A stretch of DNA of 64,000 nt, from contig CAZCQW010000001.1 in NCBI GenBank assembly GCA_964500975.1, forward strand, positions 49,750 to 113,749. The letters run 5' to 3'. Below the pieces are notes generated by a model. The model saw only the letters and a list, made by a program, of their open reading frames with translations. It was not told the origin of the DNA and made no database searches. The translations under genes were made by a program, and so were the position numbers. This DNA is from an uncultured Gammaproteobacteria bacterium. GTDB lineage: Bacteria; Patescibacteriota; Patescibacteriia; Patescibacteriales; UBA12465. Each line of letters begins with the position of its first letter. The first letter of the stretch is position 1. Shown here piece after piece: positions 42,460 through 49,958 of the stretch.

Positions 42460-45400
42460 ATGAAAAAAAATAAATTAATAATTTTGTGTAGTCTTTTTGT
42501 TATATCTATTTTATTTTTTTCCACTAAGAATTCTTTTGGGCAAATAAATCCAGCACTTGAACTAGAAGGTGGTGACGCAATTGCTGTTAGAATAATACCA
42601 AATCCAGAACATTATAGTATTTCACGTTGGTATGAAAGTCGCGGTTTTCAAGGTTCGCCACAGAGTCTTCGTATTGATGGTTATGAGGCAATAAGAGATG
42701 GTCGCACAGTCTATGTTAATGCTGCCAATGTTAAAGGGAAAACCATTTTTACAAATGTTTATCTAATTTCCTATAATCAAGACCCTTCTATTAAAACAGT
42801 AGATATTCTTGGTCAAATAGTTAAAAATTGGAAATTTAATACAGATTTAAAAGAGAGTCTTAGTCCAGCGCCAAGCTGTCAGATATCTTCTTTGAGTTGT
42901 TCCAGTTCTGATGATTGCTCTTCTGATCAATTTTGTTCTCAATCTGGTTTAGCTTCCAGTTCTTGCCAGTTAAAAGAAGTTAAAAATTGTTTAGTTGACT
43001 CTGACTGTCCTCAAAGTTTTTATTGTAATAGTGTAAAGTCGAAAATTGTTCGCGACATTGAAAGAATAAGCAAAATTTCTGAACTAAAAGAAATAATTAA
43101 TAATTATAAGACGACAAGAGGTCTGTATCCTGTTTTAGAGGCAGGGACGTATTTGCGCGGTCAGGCTATTTCTACTTGGCCAAGCTGGAGTGAAATATTT
43201 TTACCTGAGCTAGGAACAGATAAAAAATTTGTTGATCCAATTAATCGACTGGGTTCATGTCCTGGTTATGACGAGCAAACCTGTTGGGATAAAAATAGAA
43301 AACTTTTTTTTAGTTCGACTAGCGGAAATTTAATCTTGCCATACGCTAGTTATGCCATGGTTTATAAAACAAATAATGGCCTTGACTATAATCTTTGTGC
43401 GAGCATGGAAACAAAATCATCGACGGCTGACTTGGGTTTTAGCTTTTCTCCAGCCATAGCACAAGACAGTAATTGTATTTCTGATACAGGAGTTATTTCT
43501 GGATCATCAATAGTTAATACTCCGCCTCGATTAATTAGCGCTAGTTTGGTTGGTGAGACTGGTCAAGAATTCAATGGCTCTTTAGAGTTTTTTGATGACC
43601 AAAACAATCCGATGACTTGGAGTATTAATGTTTTTGGAAATCCAAAAGTAGATAGCGGTTGGAGTGAGAATCCAGTTTTAGTTAATACTAGTAATCCTAA
43701 TAGAAAGCGCATTTATGCTTCAAGAGCCGGCGATCCAATTAACTACCCGATGTCTATTTCTGTAAATGATGGACAAGGAGGAGTCTATTCTACAACGACA
43801 AATATTAAAATTTTAAATCAAAAACCCGTAATTGAGGCTAGTGATTTTGAGTATAGCTTGGGTTTTAATGATATTTTTTCTTATAGTTTTTATTTTTCAA
43901 GCAATTCGATTGATAATTATCAGTCTGCTTTTTCGCTAGCCCGTCTTAATGGTAACAATCCTTTTAGTCTTTTGAGTTTATCAAAATCAGTTGTTCCGGC
44001 TGGCCCCGGTCGGTATAAGGTAACCTACAGTGGAGATGTAAAAAATGCTCAAAGCGGAGCGCCTAGCAGTGAGGATAATTATCAAATTACGGTCAAAGAC
44101 AAGTACTATTGGTTGTCAAATGATGCGAGTGTAAAGAATTTTAAAATAACAATTAAAAATAATCCCCCAGCTTTAAATTTTAGTTGTTCTAATTTTAATC
44201 GCGTAAGAGATGGCTATTCTTGTTTAATAGGTCCAGCCCAAAGTTTGGGCAAACAAATTAATTATTCAACAAACAGTAATTTTGCCGGTTTGTATTTAAA
44301 CACACAAGGAGACTCAGTTTTTTTACTATCTCAGGCAACAAATCTAACCGGAAATATTTCCAGCTCAACTATAACTATCTCGGCTTCAAATCAAAATGGA
44401 GCTTCAACTCAAAAATCATTTAAATTAGAACTAAAAACTTTTTGTGGTGATGGAATTAAGCAGACGCCAAATACCGAAGCTCGAGGTGGAATGTTTAATG
44501 ACGGTAACGAGGATTGTGATGGACTTTCAGGAATTAGCTTAACTGCGAATGGAAGCAGTGCAAAGTCTCAATATGCCTGTACAACCATAAATTCTGCAAC
44601 GCCAAACCCAATTACAAGCGGGAATTATTGTATTTTTCAGTCGCCTGTTAAGGGGGGTGGTTTTTGTGGCGATACTTTTTGTACTGTTCAGATAGAGAAC
44701 AAAGATAACTGTCCAGCTGACTGTGTTTCGTCGTGTGTTCCGAATTGTTCACGACTTAATAATGATTGCGGAGATGATGGTTGTGGAGGATCGTGTGGAA
44801 CTTGTCAGACAGGCAAAGATGAGTGTTACGGTGGAAAATGTTGTTCTCCAAAATCAAAAATTGAAATTTTAAACTACATGCCTGCAGTTATGACAGGCGC
44901 TAACTTTAGTATTTATTTAAATGGCAAGAAACCTTCATCTACTCCGGCTTCTAGTGGTTCAAGTGTGCAAATTATCCCGGGCTCATATGATGGTCTAATC
45001 TCTCATGGTAAAAATGTTTTAGCAATTAAAGCTTCGGGTTTTAAAGATTATCAGAATGCCCTTATTACTTCTTTGACACAGTCTTCGTATGTTGAAAAAA
45101 ATATTTGTCGTCACGTTACGACTGATGATTTAAAGAATTGGAAATGCACTAACGCCCCCTTAGTCGATGGTACTGGTAAGCTTTGGTATGATTTAGATTA
45201 TAATGATTCTTCTTGGACGGTGCCAAATTCAGGTTTTGCAAATTCATATGCTAATATTTGGTCTAATGACTATAATGTGACCGGTCCTTTTGATAAAGTG
45301 TTAGATTCTTATTGTCGCTATTCTTTTGTGGGTGATGTTTATAATAATGATTCATGTAAACCAGAATCAATAAATAAAGAGTGTGGCCCAAATAAGTGTG

Positions 45401-46752
45401 GAGGATTTTTTAGACCAAATAATTGTTCAATAAATAATGTAGGAAACATGAAGTTTGCGTGTAATGATTCTACTAATTTATGTGAGTGCGCAAACAAGGT
45501 GACCTGCAATAATGGCAAGCCTCTTGGATCTGAGGGGTCTACTTGCGGTAAGTTTAGTGATAATTGCGGAGGGACTAATTCCTGTGGTTATAATTGTGGA
45601 GTTGGTCTGTATTGTAATCTTCCTGATAATACAGAAACTAAACTTTTTTATACCCTTTCTGGAAAGCTCTCGCATATCCAGTTTCTTAATAACGCCTGTA
45701 ACGTTGGTAAACCTTATAATACCTGTATAAAAAAATGTTGGAACAAAACTTTTGAGTTATCAATGGAGATGAGACAAGGCGATGTCCCTGAAACCAATAT
45801 TTGTAAATTAAAAGAGATAAATGATAATCCAAAATGCGATTATAATCCCAATCCAACTTGCCCTACTAGTTGCTCAATTAAAACGCCAGTTAATTCAGTT
45901 AGTCTAAGCAATGGAGTAAAGGATAGTTGTTGGACAAAGACTGTGTTGTTTGTTAAGTCTGGTTGGAAGAGTAGAAAAAATTGGATCTGCTCTAGTGGAA
46001 ATACAGCGTCAAAGAAATGGTTTTATGATGATGTTTGCAACTCCTTAGGATATAAAGTAAACGATAATGGTGATTGCGGAGTTTGTCAGCCTAATTGTGT
46101 TGGAGCTAGTTGTGGTGCTGATGACGGTTGTGGTGGTATATGTTTAAGAGGCGCTTGTCTCAGTAATGAGGTTTGTTCAAACGGCTCTTGCACAAATTGT
46201 AGCGCTAACTGCGATGGCAAGGCTTGTGGTGAGCCTGATGGTTGTTCTGGGCTTTGTTCTTCTGGCATATGTGATTTAGGAGAAAGTTGTGAGAATAATA
46301 ATTGTGTTTCTTGCACTTCAAATTGCGATAATAAAGCTTGTGGCGCAAGCGATGGTTGTGGCGGAAAATGTATGTCAGGTAGCTGTGCGGCAGGTGAAAC
46401 GTGTGTTGAGGGTTCGTGTGTTTGTGTTAAAAATTGCGATAATAAAGCTTGTGGCGCAAGCGATGGTTGTGGCGGAAAATGTAATGGCTCTTGTAGCCCC
46501 GGAAAGACGTGCCAAAATTATGAATGTGTTACAAGTACTTGCACTCCAGATTGCACTAATAAAGCTTGTGGTGCCTCAGATGGATGCGGCGGAAAATGCG
46601 CCGGGGGCTGTGGAGATTATGAAATGTGTATAAAGGGGTCATGTGTTAAAACCTGGTTATGTAAAGGAATTGGGCCACTATGTTTAGCGGCTGAAAAATT
46701 TACTGATTGCGTTGCTCCGTGCCAAATTGAATGGGTAGAGATAAATAAATAA
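42460..46752 (+). CDS. Giant surface protein C (1430 aa): signal peptide, pseudopilin-like segment, cadherin/Ig-like domains, Myxococcus-type Cys-rich repeat, C-terminal tandem Cys-repeat array
   Basis: Signal peptide MKKNKLIILCSLFVISILFFSTKNSFG/Q. Other elements are ..RDIERISKISELKEIINNYKTTRGLYP.., ..NTPPRLISASL..MSISVNDGQGG.. and ..FCGDGIKQTPNTE..DGNEDCDG... There are five or six CxxNCxxKACGASDGCGGKC units at the C-terminus. Confidence 0.75.
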   Translation: MKKNKLIILCSLFVISILFFSTKNSFGQINPALELEGGDAIAVRIIPNPEHYSISRWYESRGFQGSPQSLRIDGYEAIRDGRTVYVNAANVKGKTIFTNVYLISYNQDPSIKTVDILGQIVKNWKFNTDLKESLSPAPSCQISSLSCSSSDDCSSDQFCSQSGLASSSCQLKEVKNCLVDSDCPQSFYCNSVKSKIVRDIERISKISELKEIINNYKTTRGLYPVLEAGTYLRGQAISTWPSWSEIFLPELGTDKKFVDPINRLGSCPGYDEQTCWDKNRKLFFSSTSGNLILPYASYAMVYKTNNGLDYNLCASMETKSSTADLGFSFSPAIAQDSNCISDTGVISGSSIVNTPPRLISASLVGETGQEFNGSLEFFDDQNNPMTWSINVFGNPKVDSGWSENPVLVNTSNPNRKRIYASRAGDPINYPMSISVNDGQGGVYSTTTNIKILNQKPVIEASDFEYSLGFNDIFSYSFYFSSNSIDNYQSAFSLARLNGNNPFSLLSLSKSVVPAGPGRYKVTYSGDVKNAQSGAPSSEDNYQITVKDKYYWLSNDASVKNFKITIKNNPPALNFSCSNFNRVRDGYSCLIGPAQSLGKQINYSTNSNFAGLYLNTQGDSVFLLSQATNLTGNISSSTITISASNQNGASTQKSFKLELKTFCGDGIKQTPNTEARGGMFNDGNEDCDGLSGISLTANGSSAKSQYACTTINSATPNPITSGNYCIFQSPVKGGGFCGDTFCTVQIENKDNCPADCVSSCVPNCSRLNNDCGDDGCGGSCGTCQTGKDECYGGKCCSPKSKIEILNYMPAVMTGANFSIYLNGKKPSSTPASSGSSVQIIPGSYDGLISHGKNVLAIKASGFKDYQNALITSLTQSSYVEKNICRHVTTDDLKNWKCTNAPLVDGTGKLWYDLDYNDSSWTVPNSGFANSYANIWSNDYNVTGPFDKVLDSYCRYSFVGDVYNNDSCKPESINKECGPNKCGGFFRPNNCSINNVGNMKFACNDSTNLCECANKVTCNNGKPLGSEGSTCGKFSDNCGGTNSCGYNCGVGLYCNLPDNTETKLFYTLSGKLSHIQFLNNACNVGKPYNTCIKKCWNKTFELSMEMRQGDVPETNICKLKEINDNPKCDYNPNPTCPTSCSIKTPVNSVSLSNGVKDSCWTKTVLFVKSGWKSRKNWICSSGNTASKKWFYDDVCNSLGYKVNDNGDCGVCQPNCVGASCGADDGCGGICLRGACLSNEVCSNGSCTNCSANCDGKACGEPDGCSGLCSSGICDLGESCENNNCVSCTSNCDNKACGASDGCGGKCMSGSCAAGETCVEGSCVCVKNCDNKACGASDGCGGKCNGSCSPGKTCQNYECVTSTCTPDCTNKACGASDGCGGKCAGGCGDYEMCIKGSCVKTWLCKGIGPLCLAAEKFTDCVAPCQIEWVEINK
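46084..46650 (+). repeat. In-frame tandem array of ~37-39-aa Cys-rich units within protein C; two units share a 52-nt perfect identity
   Basis: aattgcgataataaagcttgtggcgcaagcgatggttgtggcggaaaatgta occurs identically at 46321-46372 and 46432-46483 (111-nt period), with diverged copies on either side. Confidence 0.85.
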
Positions 46753-46764
46753 AAATATTAAAGT

Positions 46765-47064
46765 ATGAATAAAAAAAATATTATATTTTTAATTTTTGGC
46801 GCCGTAATTATTTTTGGCATAATTTCTTTAATCGTTTTTATGTACCAAAAAAATAATAAAGAAAATAATTTTAATATTTCTCCTATAGAAAAAAAATTTG
46901 TCCCAGATTTTCTAAGCTCTGAAGAGAAGTCTAAGTTAGGGATATCAGATGAAATTAAAATTCAGGTTATGGCGCGTGATGAAAATGGTCAAGTAAAAGT
47001 TTATCGCGCAATAAAGAATGATTCAGATATTGTTAATCCAGATCAAGTGGAGGTAGTTAGATAG
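46765..47064 (+). CDS. Small N-terminally anchored membrane protein
   Basis: 99 aa with a TM helix (IIFLIFGAVIIFGIISLIVFMY). It starts 13 nt after protein C. Confidence 0.5.
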   Translation: MNKKNIIFLIFGAVIIFGIISLIVFMYQKNNKENNFNISPIEKKFVPDFLSSEEKSKLGISDEIKIQVMARDENGQVKVYRAIKNDSDIVNPDQVEVVR

Positions 47065-47090
47065 ACATATAAATATATATATATTGTGAC

Positions 47091-47119
47091 TGGTCAACTT
47101 CAAATTTATTCGCTATAAT
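47091..47119 (+). promoter_or_regulatory. Possible internal promoter (TGGTCA - 17 nt - TATAAT)
   Basis: Read directly from the sequence. It is preceded by a short (TA)n tract. Confidence 0.35.
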
Positions 47120-47147
47120 TTAAGTATTAATAAATTTTACAAAAGAT

Positions 47148-47876
47148 ATGTTTAATAATCTTAATAATGAGAGTAATGGCGGTCATAACGCAGTTGATGA
47201 TATTTTTGCGGAGACTGATAAAACCAATGTTAGTGTAGCGCCAAATAATATTGAAATCCATCATGTTGGCCTTACTTCTGATATTGAAAATTTAAAGTTT
47301 TCAAAAAACGAAGAAAACGTTTCTGCTCCTAGTCCAGTAAATAAAAATTATTTGAGAATTATTATTATCGTTGTTCTTTTGTTGGCTGTTTCTGCTGGAG
47401 CTTATTTTTCCTATCTCCAGTTTTTTTCTGGCACTGAAAAAACAGAAGTAGCTAAAACGCCAAAGGTTGATACTCCAGCACCAGTTATTTCAAAAACTGA
47501 AGATAATAATTTTGTTTCAGTTATTCCAGGAGTTGGCTCCAGCACCGCAACTACTTCTGTTGATATTACCCCCTCATCTACTTTAGTTGTGGACAATGAA
47601 ACCATTCTAGGTCAATCATCAACAACTGAAGAAATAAAAGAAACTATTGATTCAGATGGAGACGGTCTAAGTGATGATGAGGAACTATTAGCCAAAACAA
47701 ATCTTAACGTTATCGATACCGATAATGATGGCTTAAGCGATTATGAAGAGTTGAGAATATATTTAACCAACCCTATTCTAGCTGATACAGATGGTGATAG
47801 TTATTTAGACGGAGTTGAAATTAAGGGTGGCTATGACCCAAAAGTTAAAGGCGCTAAGTTGCCTGGAAACAACTAA
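47148..47876 (+). CDS. Single-pass membrane protein with thrombospondin type 3-like Ca-binding repeats
   Basis: 242 aa with a TM helix (IIIIVVLLLAVSAGAYFSY), an S/T-rich linker, and then DSDGDGLSDDEE..DTDNDGLSDYEE..DTDGDSYLDGVE... Confidence 0.7.
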   Translation: MFNNLNNESNGGHNAVDDIFAETDKTNVSVAPNNIEIHHVGLTSDIENLKFSKNEENVSAPSPVNKNYLRIIIIVVLLLAVSAGAYFSYLQFFSGTEKTEVAKTPKVDTPAPVISKTEDNNFVSVIPGVGSSTATTSVDITPSSTLVVDNETILGQSSTTEEIKETIDSDGDGLSDDEELLAKTNLNVIDTDNDGLSDYEELRIYLTNPILADTDGDSYLDGVEIKGGYDPKVKGAKLPGNN

Positions 47877-47988
47877 AACTCTTTCTGTTTTATTTTTTAT
47901 GCTCGTTAATAATAATAAAATCATTCAATCCAGGATTGGATTAGGGGTTTTTTCAGGAAGAAAATCATTATCCCTGAATCTTCACACC

Positions 47989-48096
47989 ATGCCGCAAACA
48001 ACTACTAGTAATTGGAAAAAGTGGTTGTTTTTGGGTTTTGCTATTTTATTAATTTTTGCACTTGCCTCTGTGGCCATTTATTATATTAGCGCTTAA
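47989..48096 (+). CDS. Possible 35-aa single-TM microprotein
   Basis: MPQTTTSNWKKWLFLGFAILLIFALASVAIYYISA. Its stop is 3 nt before the next ATG. The longer track ORF 47815-48096 overlaps the previous gene. Weak support. Confidence 0.25.
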   Translation: MPQTTTSNWKKWLFLGFAILLIFALASVAIYYISA

Positions 48097-48099
48097 GCT

Positions 48100-49140
48100 A
48101 TGTTTAATCTTAGAAAGAGCAATAAGCAAACACTTCAGTCGCCGGAAATTATTGAACAAATTAATAAAGATTTGCTAGTTAGAAACATGCCCAATGCTAA
48201 TAAATTGGTTGGAACCGGTTCGCCTATTTCTATGACCAGCTCTCTTGAGAAAAATATTATTTCGCCAGCTGGAGCTGAAAAAAATAATAAACACCAAACC
48301 GTTGGGCTTGTTATTGTTATAGGAGGTTTTATTCTAATTGGCGTTTTAGTATATTTAAGTTATGTTTTTATTATAAAAAATCAGCTTCAACCAGCTAAGG
48401 AATCAGTTAAGGAGGTAAATAAAGTTTTAGTTAATGTTGACGGCGGTAATGCGGCGACTAGTAGCCAGGATATTATTAATCCTATAGTCGACGCATCCTT
48501 ACTAATTCCTTCAACAACCGTTGAAGTTGCAAGCTCAACTCTTTTAGAGGACGTGACTGAAGACACTAATCAGACCGAGGAAGCTCTAGCTCCAATTTTG
48601 GATATGGATGGGGATGGCTTGAATAATGAGGAGGAATTAATTTTAGGTACAAGTATTGAATTCCGAGATTCAAATAGTAATAATTATCCGGATTTAGTTG
48701 AAATAAATAATGGTTATAATCCAAGTGGCGCCGGACATTTAAACAGTAATTCAGGCTTAAAAAAATACACTAACGAAAAGCTTTCTTATTCCTTATTGTT
48801 TCCTTCGAGCTGGGAAAATAGCTCGTTAAATGATGATTCGGTGGTTATTTTTAACACGCCAGATGATTCAATTATTCAAATTTCTGTTCAAGAAAATTCC
48901 GAAAAACAAAGTATATTAAATTGGTATAGCGCTTTATTTCCGCAGGCCATGCTAACGTATGATAGATTAATTTCTACCGATTCTTGGACTGGCGTATTTG
49001 GGGAGGATTTTTTAAACTTCTACCTAACCGATAAGGATAAAAATAATATTTACACAATTTCTTACATTCCGGCTGTTAGTGGTCGCGTGGTTTATCCGAA
49101 TATTTTTAAATTAATGATAAATTCTATATCGATAAAATAA
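48100..49140 (+). CDS. Single-pass membrane protein with a TSP3-like repeat and a C-terminal globular domain (related in architecture to 47148-47876)
   Basis: 346 aa with a TM helix (VGLVIVIGGFILIGVLVYLSYVFII) and ..DMDGDGLNNEEE..DSNSNNYPDLVEINNGYNP... Confidence 0.65.
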   Translation: MFNLRKSNKQTLQSPEIIEQINKDLLVRNMPNANKLVGTGSPISMTSSLEKNIISPAGAEKNNKHQTVGLVIVIGGFILIGVLVYLSYVFIIKNQLQPAKESVKEVNKVLVNVDGGNAATSSQDIINPIVDASLLIPSTTVEVASSTLLEDVTEDTNQTEEALAPILDMDGDGLNNEEELILGTSIEFRDSNSNNYPDLVEINNGYNPSGAGHLNSNSGLKKYTNEKLSYSLLFPSSWENSSLNDDSVVIFNTPDDSIIQISVQENSEKQSILNWYSALFPQAMLTYDRLISTDSWTGVFGEDFLNFYLTDKDKNNIYTISYIPAVSGRVVYPNIFKLMINSISIK

Positions 49141-49161
49141 ATAAATTTTAGAAATAAACTT

Positions 49162-49195
49162 AAAAAAATGAGGCTGTTTAAAGCCTCGTTTTTTT
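49162..49195. terminator. Bidirectional rho-independent terminator (aaaaaaa-tgaggct-gtttaa-agcctcg-ttttttt)
   Basis: Read directly from the sequence, between the convergent 48100-49140 gene and clpP. Confidence 0.75.
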
Positions 49196-49199
49196 AAGT

Positions 49200-49778
49200 T
49201 TATTTTTTGATTATTTTATCAATTATTCCGTAAGCCTTGGCTTCTTCAGCGCTCATATAGTAATCTCTATCACTGTCTCTTTCAACTTCGTCAGCCTTCT
49301 TTCCTGTGTGGGTGGCGATAATCTTATTTAATCTATCTTTGGTTTTTAAAATATGATTAGCATGAATTTTAATGTCAGACGCCTGGCCCTCTGTACCGCC
49401 CATAACCTGGTGAATCATTACTTCGCTATTTGGAAGAGCAAATCGTTTGCCTTGCTCTCCAGCAGCTAACAAAACTGAGGCCATGGACGCCGCCATGCCA
49501 ACACATATCGTTGAAACTGGTGATTTTATGTATTGCATGGTGTCGTAAATTGCTAGACCAGCCGAAACTGAACCACCTGGAGAATTAATGTAGAATTTAA
49601 TGTCTTTATCGCTATTTTCAGCGTCAAGAAAAAGAAGTTGGGCGATTACAATGTTTGCGGTGTGATTATCAATAGCTTCGCCCAGGAAAATAATTCTATC
49701 CTTTAAAAGACGGGAGTAAATATCATAAGCCCGCTCAATTTGACCTTCTTTTTCGATGACTGTGGGTATTAATGGCAT
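49200..49778 (-). CDS. clpP: ATP-dependent Clp protease proteolytic subunit
   Basis: 192 aa, ..[44 protein letters not shown]... Confidence 0.95.
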   Translation of the reverse strand: MPLIPTVIEKEGQIERAYDIYSRLLKDRIIFLGEAIDNHTANIVIAQLLFLDAENSDKDIKFYINSPGGSVSAGLAIYDTMQYIKSPVSTICVGMAASMASVLLAAGEQGKRFALPNSEVMIHQVMGGTEGQASDIKIHANHILKTKDRLNKIIATHTGKKADEVERDSDRDYYMSAEEAKAYGIIDKIIKK

Positions 49779-49789
49779 AGTTTTGCTTG

Positions 49790-49804
49790 TCCGCCCGGGG
49801 CGGA
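49790..49804 (-). repeat. GC-rich 15-nt mini-hairpin (minus-strand sense TCCGCCCCGGGCGGA)
   Basis: Lies 11 nt upstream of the clpP ATG. No other SD-like purine tract is present in the leader. Confidence 0.6.
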
Positions 49805-49860
49805 TGATTAATTAATATGCTAATTATAAGTATAAATGGCTTTTTTGTAAATAGTAACAC

Positions 49861-49889
49861 TTGATTTTTATTTTTAACTATTCTAATAT
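49861..49889 (+). promoter_or_regulatory. Sigma70-like promoter (TTGATT - 17 nt - TAATAT) for secDF
   Basis: Read directly from the sequence. Confidence 0.45.
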
Positions 49890-49958
49890 TTTAGAATCAT
49901 ATGCTAATATAAAATAAAATCGGTTATTTTAGGCCGATTACATTTTTTTCATAATATT

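Noticed and set aside
34090-46633. About a dozen 60-114-aa ORFs on both strands inside the giant protein genes (e.g. 37080-37343, 41632-41874, 46086-46316, 46289-46633)
   Set aside because: They are alternative-frame readings of Cys/Gly-rich or repetitive coding sequence. The long frames carry coherent domain architecture from signal peptide to stop.
33908-46752. Giant proteins as the DGR variable targets
   Set aside because: I saw no stretch resembling a DGR variable repeat (C-terminal CLec/Ig-like VR with Asn-codon-rich pattern). I also found no second copy that could serve as a template repeat. The RT is more than 33 kb away on the other side of housekeeping genes. This cannot be excluded without a computational TR/VR search.
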